Assembly (NCBI GenBank): GCA_000708835.1
Contig: DF237689.1
Location: forward strand, 1 to 38,594
Direction of reading: 5' to 3'
Length of the DNA: 38,594 bases
Origin: Klebsormidium nitens
Taxonomy: Eukaryota > Plantae > Klebsormidiophyceae
The position numbers were made by a program, and so were the translations under genes. The notes under the pieces are model-generated. The model was not told where the DNA came from, made no database searches, and was given only the letters and a program-made list of their open reading frames with translations. Below, in pieces: positions 10,419-21,060 of the stretch. The first letter of the stretch is position 1, and every line of letters begins with the position of its first letter.

Positions 10419-11381
10419 ATGGCGGCTGTAGAGAATCTTCCGAACGAGCTCCTTCTGGTGATTGCTCGCAAGCTTGCAGCCCAGGACCTACACTCATTGC
10501 TCAGCGCCAGCTGCGTTTGCAAGGCCCTCCTCCAGGTGATTGGGGGAGACGCTAATATCTGGAAGGAGGTCTTCCTTGGTTCCATGATTGGAGACTTTGA
10601 CAACCAGCAGTTTCAGGAACAAAGCGCAAAGGTAGATGCCGAGACTCAAGCGCTAGGCGGCTACAAGAAATTGGTGGCAGCGCAATGTACGGCGCAGAAG
10701 ACAGCTAATGCGTATGATTGTCTTAGGCGGAGCCATCCGAGGGAACCAGCTGGAAGTCTGTGTACAAAAGACCCGGCATGAGTGAGGATAAGAGCTTGGA
10801 AGCTGCGCTAGGCAGGAGATACTTGATGCTAGTCAGGCTGCAAGGAAGCCTTGTCTTGTGGTCTCTCCTGGCAGGCGTCGCTGGCACAGTCTGTAGGGCG
10901 CCACATCTAGTTTACGAGTTTTTCCGGCACAGATTACTGGAGGTATTACCTACGGTTACTGGGACCTAAGCTGCAACCCGTGTACTCGCTTGAATACTTC
11001 AAGGAAGCAGTAGCCCTAGAACAGGCAAGGGCCACGATCGATTCCAGGAGCGGGGAAAGGAGACCACCCGGCTGCATCTGTGGGGCCATGACCTTTGAGC
11101 TCTTCGAACTAGAAGCTCGAGATACTGCCGCAGGGCCCTTCGAAGTGATGCGCATTTGGAGTGGGGGTCTTGACCTTGAAGACCTAAGAGCTAAAGAAGA
11201 AGAATCTTTGCACCTTGCGGGCATTCTCCAACTGAAGTTTCAGGCTTCTTCCACCCTGACCGGTTCCGGAATTGCGTCTCATGACATTTGGGTAAAGGTG
11301 TGGTTTGGAGCCAAGCAGAAACCAAGGCGGGAGCTTGAGGAGGGGGAGGGAATGGTCAACGATGCTTGTTTTGTGTGTTGA
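10419..11381 (+). pseudogene. F-box-like paralog (copy 2) with two compensating frameshifts (pseudogene or assembly error)
   Basis: Collinear with copy 1 across three ORF pieces (MAAVENLPNELL.., EDKSLEAALGRRYLMLVRLQGSL.., LQPVYSLEYFK..PGCICGAMTFELFELEARD). Shifts fall at GGG 10741-10743 (-1) and T5 10919-10923 (+1). Confidence 0.8.
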
Positions 11382-12555
11382 TCCGCGGACTGGGGTGCGC
11401 CGGAGCTGAGTCTTGCGGTAGAAGTCGATGGCATGTATAGCATAGCGATGACATAGCGGGTAATCATAGATCGTCTAATGCTGCTAGCCTACTGGTCAGG
11501 TAGATGTTCAGTCAATTGCACTCACACCCGCCGTGCAGATCCAGAGAGTAAACGTTCAGATGATATGAGGGGAAGAAGTGAGAGGATCGGGTGCCATGCT
11601 ATCGCTAGCATGGGCCTCTACCTTTATGAATATGTGACGGCTGGATGCATATCATTACTAATGTTTTGAAGACGATAATTCTTCGTTTATATTGCAATCT
11701 GCAACGGAACCAAACGTGGAACCAAACGTGAATCAAGACGTGCTGAAAGATCCGATTTGATGGTTTTTTGTATATCAAAGGCGTGGTATTGATTCTCACC
11801 CTCTTTGCCAATCCCGCGTGATTGCAATTATTCAATTTAGGATTGTTCTATATCTATCTGGTTGCAATTCTGTGTATATCAAAGTTATTCACGAAATGCT
11901 TCTCTTGGAATGCATTCGACAGTCCAAAAGGGGCGACGAAAATGGTTGCTTGGGTTCCGGTCTATCTCCAGGCCGCGGCCTCCAGAAACTTGTAAAGCAA
12001 GTTCGGGATGCTATTACCGACGTTTGGCTGCCCGTGATTCCAGTCTGTGATGATTGACATAAACGACGGGTCAACGGGCCTGCCTTGCGCCGCGTAACTT
12101 AACCAATTGCAAATTCCAACAATGAGCACCGCTTAATGGACATGTGAGATTCAAGAGGATTGTTCTGAATTGCTCCATATGGTTATAGGAGCCGAGGAGT
12201 ACGGGAGCGGCATGAGAGGAGCTTCGAAGATTTGCCGTTCGTTCATTCATCAGCAATATGCATATATGGCAGGGAGAACTTAAGTGCACTTGGCCACAAT
12301 GTTGTACCACTGGTCATCTGATCGACCTCGAACCACTTTGCAAGTTCCATTCGCAGTTGTTATTCAAGGAAGTAGAGGCACCAAAGGAAGTGATTTCCGC
12401 AATCTCGTTCTCAATTTTTTTTCTTAAGTACAGTTCGCAGTCCATTACAAACCTGGGATGTGATGGACTCGAATCAAAATAGAGAGAGAGTGAGCTTGCA
12501 TATTCCGCTTACATCGAAGCAGCCCAAAGTACTCCTACGAGCACACACACCAACG

Positions 12556-13485
12556 CTAAGATCGTGACAAGGCCGCTCGGTGTCTCGCAGTCAGCTGAGC
12601 TGATTTGGCGCTCTTGAGATACAACAAAGACTCGCCCTTCGCATTTCGGCGGTTTGCATCCGACCACGTTTTCAAATAGACTTGCGTCAAGTCGCCACGT
12701 CCAGGGCTTCCCTTCCGTTGACAACACCCTTCCCGGACGGCTGGTAACGGGTTTAAGAAACGTTTAGGTCTCCGTTGTGATTTTATTGTCGTCTGCGCAT
12801 CGGCTGCCCGGAAGCGTAGCATTCCGATTCCGGTTCCTTAGTTCCGCCCACCGCTCAACCAGAGCCCGTTCTCTGGTGCCGGTTTTCATCCCGAAAGTAG
12901 CTGTCCCAGTATTTGGAGGAGCCTGAAACCGCACATAGATGCGTTCAGTCGTGCCGACGCGGCCAGCTTTGCCTGGTAGGATAAACCTGCCATCTGCTAG
13001 GTCTGATCTCTGCACCGGGGCTTGAGCATTCCAACCCAAAAGTACTCCCTTTACCCTGTAAGTGACCAGGTAAAGAGCCACGGCTTTCGCGCTTTTCTCA
13101 AAACCCGGAAGCGTGCGCGGTAGCTAATATTTCCATTCCCTGGACCGGCTTTGTTCAAGCTCGAAGCAGCCTGGGTCTTTTGGCGGTATGTGTCTGGATC
13201 TCACCAGCGCCAGCTGGGCATACCCCCCAAGCGACGCGATCGCGACCTCTGCGTTTAGCTCCGCCATGCTTTCGTTTCGTCGAAGCCGACCGCGTTTTGT
13301 TCATCTTGCTCAGAGGCCCGAGTCTCCAGTGGGGCGAGAAAAGCTGCCTCCGATATATCTTTGTTTTCCTCGACCATGCGAAGAAAGGACTTGCAAGCAA
13401 ACGTGGCCCGCAAAAGGGAGAGAGGATCCTGCACCGCCAACTTTCTCAGAATGCACGTAACCATTTCGCCCGGAAGGCGCTCCAT
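12556..13485 (-). pseudogene. F-box-like paralog, subfamily 2 (copy 3), pseudogene
   Basis: Starts MERLPGEMVTCILRKLAVQDPLSLLRATFACKSF. There is a frameshift near 13275, an in-frame TAA at 12764-12766 where copy 4 has Tyr (TAC), and a further shift near 12670. It aligns to copy 4 through TERALVERWAEL and NAKGESL. Confidence 0.85.
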
Positions 13486-13619
13486 CGCTAAGCTAACCGT
13501 GAAGCAAACCTTCGTATTGATCTGGAGGCACTCAAGAAAGACAACAAGTTGTTTGTTCACCATGATCTCTCGAGCTATGTTGCATGAAGTGGGTGTGGCC
13601 GCGCGCCGGCGTCTTCAGG

Positions 13620-15720
13620 TGGTGCGCGGCCGCGGCGCCGCATTTCAAGCGCGGGCCTGCGCCGAGGGGCTTCGGGAGCGCGCTTCCCTCGCGGCCGCCA
13701 CGGTCAGGCTCTCGAGCGCCACAGCCGCCGAAGCGCCACACTTCAACCACGTCGAGCTCGGAGAAGCTCTTTGACTTGCCCTCCAGGCTCTGGACCCCTG
13801 TTCCAAAGAGTGAAACTAAGACTAGCCTCTTCAAGATTCCGCCAACAAGTTGAGACTTTGAAAGGAGTGGCCACAAAGGCAGCGCGCGCGTGCGCGCGGA
13901 GGGCAGTATTCTGCGACCGATGGTTGCAACAGTCGTTGTGCAGTTTGTGTTGACTGTTCAACATGGCGCCCAGACAAACTACGAAATGATGTAAATAATG
14001 AGCCACGATGGATAAGTGAACATCATTAAAACCAAGACCATGCTTCGGTTATGCTGCAACGTGGTCATGCCGACTAGATATTGCTTGAAGGATGAGACGA
14101 ATCATTAAATTTTCAACCTTATGCCAATATTTGTGCGGGTGGATCAGGATGGCAGACACGCAGCAGTCAACCAGAACGTTTGTAATATCAACTCATTCAG
14201 ATCAAAGCCTTTCGCAAAGTCCTTTCGCAACGGATCTCTGCTCATGTGCCGGCAAGAACACCCCTGAGCACCCTCACTTTTGCAGAACAACATTTGGAAT
14301 GAGCCTGGGGTTTCAAAGAACTTGACGTATGGTAACGAAGTAGGAAGCGACGTACGCAATTTTTTACATCAAGGCCGCCCAAAGTACTCCTGTCAGCATC
14401 AATATCAGCGCCAATATCGTGATAGCCCATTCAACCTTCCGGCTGGTTCTGTCACCCACAAATCCTGCAGCGGAATGAGATATCACAAAGACTCTCCCTT
14501 CGCACTTCGGAGGTTTGCATTCAAGTTCTTAAAAAGACTCGCGTCGAGGACCTCGATCCATGGCTTTCCCTCTATCGACGACACCCGACCCGGACGCTTG
14601 ATTATAGGTTCGAGAAAAGCGTAGGTCTCCGTAGTGATGTCTGTGCTATCTTTGCCTTCGCTTCCCAATAGCGTATCGTTCAAAGTTAGAAGCTTTGCCC
14701 ATCGCTCCGCTAGAGCCCGTTCCGTGGTGCCTTCCGTCCGGCTAGCATCCTCAGCATCATCTAGAACATCCACAGATTCCACAATGATGCGTGGAGGCTC
14801 GCCGAAACTTCTCCTCGGTAAGAAGATCCTGGCATTCTCTAGATGTGATCCCTGCCAAGGGGTGACAGCAAACCACCCCAAGAATAACCCATTCATTCTG
14901 TAAATTACCAAGTACCGAGCCACGACGTCCTCGTCTCTCCAGGAACCCGTGAAAGTGCGCTGTCTCCACGTTTGCCAACGTAACCCGAGCCGGGTTTGTT
15001 CAAACCAGCTCGAGTTTTCCAGCGCCCTAGTGTGCCTGGCGCGAACCAGCGCTAGCTGCGCGTAACCCCCCAGTGTCGCCACTTCAGCGTCAAGCCCTGC
15101 GATGCTTTCGTAGTCGTCGAACTCGACTGCGTTTTGTTCATTGTCCTTGGAGGGAAAGAGTCTCAGGCATGAGAAAAGCTGCCTTCCACATGCCTTTGTT
15201 TTCCTCGACTACGCGAAGAAAGGCTTTGCAAGCAAACGTGGCCCGCAAGAGGGAGAGGGGGTCCTGCGCCGCCAACTTCTGCAAAACGCAGGCAACTAGT
15301 TCGCTTGGAAGGCGCTCCATTGCTGGCCTCATTTGCAGACAGAATTGCAGATTTGACGTAGAAACACTCTAGATAGGCGCGACGTACGTAGTTTCTTCAT
15401 TTCGTGCCACTCTTTGAGGCGGTGCGCGGCCGCGACGCCGCACTTCACGCGGCCGCCGCTGCCCGATTCAGGAGCGCGCTGCCGCCACCCGCTTGTCGAG
15501 CGCCACAGCCACCGAAGCGCCGTCTTGGCCCCGCTTGGCTAGAGCAGTAGTAATAAACCCCATCGAGCTCGGAACTTTGGCTCTGCAAACTCCAGAACCT
15601 AGCAGCTCTCGGGAATTTTAAACCAGCCTCACCAAAATTCCACCGATGGGTTGTGAGTGGAAAGAGTGGGCAGGGCGCGGTTGCGTGGCGCCAGAGGCAG
15701 CGCGGAGGGCAGCCTTCCAA
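13620..15720. repeat. Duplicated GC-rich upstream blocks (13620-13920 and 15420-15720), part of a roughly 1.8-kb tandem duplication carrying copies 3 and 4
   Basis: Shared strings GGTGCGCGGCCGCG(G/A)CGCCGCA(T/C)TTCA, TCGAGCGCCACAGCC(G/A)CCGAAGCGCC, TCGAGCTCGGA and GCGCGGAGGGCAG occur at an offset of about 1800 bp. The ATG offset is 1835 bp. Confidence 0.8.
14405..15332 (-). pseudogene. F-box-like paralog, subfamily 2 (copy 4), disrupted
   Basis: Starts MERLPSELVACVLQKLAAQDPLSLLRATFACKAF (ATG 15320 or 15332). A +1 frameshift occurs at the GGG 15152-15154. It continues LDAEVATLGGYAQL..RYLVIYRMNGLFLGW. There is a TGA at 14483-14485 where copy 3 has Leu. Confidence 0.8.
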
Positions 15721-15827
15721 GCGGACGTGGCCACAGTTCGCGGCCGAACCTCTTCAGCCGCGGCCGCCGCTTCCGCCGCTCCCTCTTGATGCAACGGTTT
15801 ATAAAATCGATAAGCGGTCGGCGCGCC

Positions 15828-16325
15828 AAGGGGGCCGCGGCAACTCTTCCGACCGAGCTCCTTCTGGTTAGTATTATTCACATGCTGGCAGCTTATGACC
15901 TACCATCCCTGCTCGGCGCCCCCGATGCGTGCACGTTCTCCTCCGGCTGACCGGGGCAATCACCAAGTCTTGAAGGGAAGACGTGTTCCATTGTTCAAAC
16001 TGAACGGCTCTGGCAATGCAGTGCAGACGGACTAATACGTGGCAAAGGGAGCGGGGAACACTTCTTGATTGGAGGGGATACGTCAGCCATGAAAGTCCGA
16101 CACTTCCTCTTTGTCTCCTTCGGTACTGCGGCCGGCGCCAATCTCCTTCTCCCTACTTGCAAAGGAATAGTTAAGGGGTTCCGGCGGGGAGCATCGAGGT
16201 ACGGACTCGCCGAACTGAAGCACTACGTTAAACTTAGATTGGAAGGCCATTTTTCTCCTTCCCTGACAGAACGAGAACGCGTCTGCACGTTGCTTGAACG
16301 TATGTACGTCGGACTGGTTCCTTAA
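15828..16325 (+). pseudogene. Degenerate F-box-like remnant (copy 5)
   Basis: GCGCGCCAAGG replaces GCGCCATGG (ATG to AAG at 15828). It then reads TLPTELLLVSIIHMLAAYDLPSLL, and GGAAGACGTGTTCCAT near 15977 matches the WKDVFH block of copy 1. The 3' end is uncertain. Confidence 0.65.
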
Positions 16326-16699
16326 GTGGGCGCTCGCTAGCGCTCGACAATTGAGTCTTTGAATCACGAAGTGCAAGGCGTCAAAGATTCCATGGTGAGA
16401 ATCAGGACTCGGAGAAGGTCGGCCGCGATCCGACCTCTTACTTGTGTCGTATCCCTTGAGACCGACTACTGCTGAAGGCAATGGAGGTTTCTGAATCTTT
16501 AATCAGGCATTCCTGAACGAAAATCCTTCACAATTGGAAGTATCTGGATCCTCTGGACTGAACACTGCGGCTGGTGCTACAACAGGTAAGTGATTTGAAG
16601 GTCGGCATAAAGCTTATTCAACGGCTTAACAAAACGGATTGAAAGCCAGATTACATTAAATAAGTCTGTGCAGGCGGGCTATCCTCTGTGCCAGTGGTT

Positions 16700-17781
16700 G
16701 ACTAACGTCCCGGACGCCCCTCGGGCTAGTGCGGACGTCGCCTCCTCGATGTCCAAAACCAGCGTCGGACTCATCAGACGCAGCACTCTGCAAAGCATCT
16801 AGATTTAGAACGTGGTCGAGGCCACCCTCCGACCTTAACGGAGTCATGGCGTTTGCCGTCATGAATTTGATCACTGTGTACGCCATACATCAGTCCTACC
16901 CCCTTGTCGCACCAGTAGCATGCCTTGCTAGCTCGAGTCCGCCAGGCTTGCAGAAAAGCGTAGAGAGACTTGCGTGTGGGTTGCTGATGCGAACTCGATT
17001 TGTTGGCACCAAGCAAGTAACTGCAACCAGCGCTGAGGGTATATTAAAAAGCTCGAATGCTGAGCCTTGCAGCTGGATCTACGGAACAAGGTGCACCGGG
17101 TTGAGTACTTGCTTCAAGGTGCCCACGATCTAACAATACCATATTAATCCAAAGATGTCTGATTGGTTTATAGTGTCTGCATCCACATGGTAGGAATCGT
17201 CGAGCTGTTCAAACTCGTATGCCCGCCCCTTGCTGGAGCGACTGATCTACCTTCGATGGCAGCGTGAGCTCGCTACGCGTGATCGGAGCCTGCGCAAGCG
17301 GGGGGCTGCATGTGTGGACCCTTGCCGCGTCAGTCGCAGCAGGGCCTCGGTCACAGTAACTGTTCGTACTAGCTGTGGGTCGCACCAGGTGCCAGCCACA
17401 GCTCGGTAGTCGACTCAAGGCGACTATACGCCCTAGATGTTTTGTGTGCAACATACCTCTTAATGCGAGCATATTGCGCTGCCAGTTGTTTAGTATAGCG
17501 CCAAGCAAATCATGCATCTCTGCATCCAGCTTTGCGCTCTGTTCTTCATACCTGGTCGCCAGAGGCTTCAATCCTTGGGCCCTGGAACACCTCCTCCGAT
17601 ACTACTCTCCAGAAAATGCCGTTTGCCCCGGTCACCGAGAGGAGGGCCTTGCGGGGCGCAGGAGGCGCTCAGCAGGGAGCTGGGCAGGTCCTGTCATGGG
17701 CTGCCAAATTGCAAATTAAAAAGAATATAAAGAATGATTTCGGACGGCGGGATCGGTGGGAAGAGCTTCCATGGCCCCCAT
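16700..17781 (-). pseudogene. Degenerate F-box-like paralog (copy 6)
   Basis: Starts MGAMEALPTD. Fragments in different frames read LLSASC..RKALL, EEVFQGPRI, EEQSAKLDAEM, FELF (near 17050) and LRSEGGLD (near 16830). It has multiple stops and frameshifts. Confidence 0.75.
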
Positions 17782-18450
17782 CGCGCCACCTCGGCCTGTA
17801 GCTGTGCTGCAAACTCTGCTACCGCGCAGCACAGCTCGAATCGATCGGCCGCATGGCCGGCCATGATCGAAGGGGTAAGCGCGGGCCCAGTCGCGGCCGC
17901 CTAGCATCCAAGAGGCTTCGGCGGGGTTTCGAGCGGCTGAGTGAGCCTAGACGGTGGGTACTACTAGGTACGTTGAATCGACGTCCGGCAAGTGCACTGT
18001 GCAGTGTCACCCGACCGTGTGTGGCAGCGCGCCATAGGTCTGCACTGTGTACACACGTAGCCACGTGACCCCAGGGGCCCAGCGCCCTTTTCATTTGACG
18101 CCGCGGCCGCCCAGTGCCACGCTAGGCTAGGGCGGCCACGGCGGCACGAAAATGCATAATGCACTTGGACAGGGAATGCCGGTCCCCTTTGCAATGCCGC
18201 TCTAATACGAATCATCGTACGCCGAGGCCCGACTTACCGCTTGGGCCGTCCGATGGAGACTGGTAGCTGACTTTCAGCCGTCGGCCCGTTAATGTCGCCC
18301 GGGGGCTATAATCCGGCCAATTTACCGGCAAAACTTGACATTTGAACTTGCATGAAGTATTGGCTACCCTGCGATCATGACGCAAAAATCTCGCATGTGC
18401 GAACAATTCGGTACGATTCAAAGTTTTAAGAGAGATCCTAATTCCGGATA

Positions 18451-18765
18451 CCGTACTACCAAGGTATGATTCCGAATGCTCAAAATATGCAGTTATTTTA
18501 CGGAATGCGAGCCCAAATCTTGTATTAATTTTCAGAATCCGACCCTAAATCTGAATGAGCTCAAAGGTACCCAGGTACCCTGGTTTTCTCGCTTTTCAAG
18601 GGTGCCGGTACGTACCTTGGGTTCATATGGGCTTTGATTTTAAACAGGATTTAACAATTATTTTTCCTTTCCGAAAAAGCAGATTCCGACTGCTTATTTG
18701 CAATTTCCGACTTTCCGAATGCAAATAATTATTTATTTATTCGGAATCATACCTTGGTAGTACGG
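18451..18765. mobile_element. Non-autonomous MITE, Tc1/mariner-like (27-bp perfect TIRs, TA target-site duplication)
   Basis: TA(18449-50)+CCGTACTACCAAGGTATGATTCCGAAT ... ATTCGGAATCATACCTTGGTAGTACGG+TA(18766-67). The 315-bp element is AT-rich and non-coding, with repeated internal TTCCGA motifs. Confidence 0.88.
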
Positions 18766-18939
18766 TAGCTATGTCACTCTGCACAGTGCCAGTAGGTACT
18801 TGACCACGTACTGATTTCTTCTACCTGCGCATTGCAGTTGTTAGACGTGATTCGCCTCTTGAAGTTCTCAAGTCTTTCCTCTCAAATAGTCGATGGGCAT
18901 TCGAGCTGCATCGATTGGCGGGCACAAGGAAGATGCACC

Positions 18940-20352
18940 ATGGGCCTCATGGTGCCGTACCGCAGGCATCTTTGTGTCGGCGGTCGTGTGTTGGGTTCCA
19001 TAGCGGTCATTGGCGTCATGCTGTGGGCTCTAGCAGAAGACATAGACTCCGCAATCAATGCGTCTATCCTCCGCTTCCAGGGAAACTTTGTGCTACTCGC
19101 TGAGAGTTGTGAGGAGACTCATGCTCTGAATGACAGGTTTTTGATCAGTGCTTACCAAAAGCACCTGGAATGCAAGGAGTCGCAGGCAGCGTTCGCAACA
19201 GGAAGCGCGAAAGGAACAAAGTTTTTTGTCCCTGCTCAGCTGAATGAGCAGCTCAGCAAAGCGGTGGGCCATTTTGCGGACATTGCTGTCATTGGCGCAG
19301 CCCTGAACAGAACCCTTGTCCTTCCTCGGGTAGGGCAGGGGGAGATCAGCATTGACTTGGCGCTGCCATTTGGCAGCTACTTCGAACTAATGTCATTACG
19401 GGAGCTGGTATGGATCACAAGTGAGCAGCTTGTAGCTAGGCAGTCAGCTGGGCCAGAAAAGTTGACGGGTGCGTATGTTTTCCTGACACACGGCAGGTAT
19501 GCCTGCTCGTCCATGTTGAGGTTGTTGCGGGTCTCTGTTCTTGCGGAAGCAGAGAGAATGGCAGAGACTTCAGACTACACCTGCTATAACGGCACTGATC
19601 TTCTGACTTCTGGGGACGATGTTCTAGTGAGAGGCAAGGCTGTGGAAGCTGCTCTTAGTGAGGCTTTGAAACAAGTGAATGTCGTGTTCCTGGTCAAGGA
19701 AGAGATGTATTACTGGGCAAGTTCATTGACAGAGAAAGTAGCCGCTATTGAGTCAAAATTATATAACCACCACCCGCTGTTCTTTGAGGATCTCACGACA
19801 AGATTCATCGAGAAACATCTGGGATTCAACTACTTAGCACTGCAATGGAGGACAGAGAAGTGCTTCCGGCAACCCCACTGCGATGGGGCTTTCTTTGGTG
19901 AGTGCAGCAAGGCAGCGATTGCCGAGGTCGAACAGATTATTAATACCCATCTACTGAAAGGCGTCTTCTTTGCAACTGACATGCCATTCAACAGCAGTTT
20001 CCACAAATCTAACTCTTTCCGTCCTTCAAACGATCAGCAACAATGGGGTCTGGATGTAAGGACTCGCCTCAAAGAGCGCTTTGACGCAGTTACTTGGGAC
20101 GAGTATCCGGTGGTCGATACATTTGACAGTGGTATTCGAGGTCTTCTGGATAAGGTTACGTGTGCTCGCGGGAGGTACTATGTAGCAGCTCCAGATGCTT
20201 GCGGAGGGGGTTCCTTTGCATGGAGCATAGCACAAGAACTTCCTGGTTGGAAGTTTTGGTCACAACCGAGCTTGGGGAGGCGTTTGCTGAGCGATGCACC
20301 AGACTTCCTTGGCAGTGTAAGACAACACAGACCGCTTGTCAAATTGCTCTGA
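18940..20352 (+). CDS. O-fucosyltransferase-like (GT-B fold, O-FucT/GT68-like) type II membrane protein, 470 aa, single coding exon
   Basis: Long open frame with an N-terminal hydrophobic anchor (VLGSIAVIGVMLWALA). Motifs EQLSKA..F..IAVIGAALNRTLVLP, YLALQWRTE, VFFATDMP and GLLDKVTCARG. A splice acceptor TTGCAG at 18837 suggests a 5'UTR intron, so an upstream coding exon is not excluded. Confidence 0.7.
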   Translation: MGLMVPYRRHLCVGGRVLGSIAVIGVMLWALAEDIDSAINASILRFQGNFVLLAESCEETHALNDRFLISAYQKHLECKESQAAFATGSAKGTKFFVPAQLNEQLSKAVGHFADIAVIGAALNRTLVLPRVGQGEISIDLALPFGSYFELMSLRELVWITSEQLVARQSAGPEKLTGAYVFLTHGRYACSSMLRLLRVSVLAEAERMAETSDYTCYNGTDLLTSGDDVLVRGKAVEAALSEALKQVNVVFLVKEEMYYWASSLTEKVAAIESKLYNHHPLFFEDLTTRFIEKHLGFNYLALQWRTEKCFRQPHCDGAFFGECSKAAIAEVEQIINTHLLKGVFFATDMPFNSSFHKSNSFRPSNDQQQWGLDVRTRLKERFDAVTWDEYPVVDTFDSGIRGLLDKVTCARGRYYVAAPDACGGGSFAWSIAQELPGWKFWSQPSLGRRLLSDAPDFLGSVRQHRPLVKLL

Positions 20353-20949
20353 TGGATTGACCGCTCTGTAGGGGATAAATACAGAAAAGCTTCGCCTTTG
20401 CTTGCCTTTTAGCTCCGGCTATGTGAATACTTAATCATCGAATGCGGACGCAGTCGGACCAGGCGGCCGCGCATTGATTCACTTTATACGCCTTGACTCA
20501 TGACGTGTTTGCGGCATAATACACGAACGCAACGAGCGATTGTGTGGGCACATCTTGAAGCGCCCACTGGCAACCATGACGCATAAACCGCAAACTTATG
20601 CCGCGCGCCAGACCTGAGCTGTGGGCAAGCTGAGTCAATCTTGGATGCTTGTGTCGTACAAATATGCGCCGACTCGGATCTCTCGTGCATATCGGAACTC
20701 TTATAACAAGCAATAACAGCTGGCCGGCTACGCTTATGACAGCCATGCCTTCATGGTCCATCCGTTTCGAACGAATTCAGCATGAGAATGCGAATCAGCG
20801 TGTGTAGCAGGTTAGTCGAAGTATGCTTGTAACAGCCATGCAATTATGGTCCATCAGCTTAAATTAAAGTTTGCATGAGATTGCATGACCCAGCTCGTGT
20901 TTCACATTTGTCGACATGCCTAGCTGCATATGTGTCGGCTGGGCCAGTG

Positions 20950-21060
20950 CGCACGCTAATGGTGCCAGCCAGCGCCACCGAGTGTATATGCAGATGTAGC
21001 AATGTCGTAGGCCCGGCAGCTAGCTTTTGTATGACGTACTCTGCAAAGACGTCAATGTAC
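20950..21060 (-). pseudogene. Possible very old F-box-like remnant
   Basis: The minus-strand peptide DVFAEYVIQKLAAGPTTLL resembles ELVACVLQKLAAQDPLSLL of copy 4. No ATG and no downstream blocks were recognised. Confidence 0.3.

Noticed and set aside
11706-11741. 12-bp tandem GGAACCAAACGT (two copies plus one degenerate); similarly the 10-bp CATGA(T/C)AGTG x3 at 37110-37137
   Set aside because: Very short tandem duplications in intergenic or UTR DNA, of a kind expected at background frequency.
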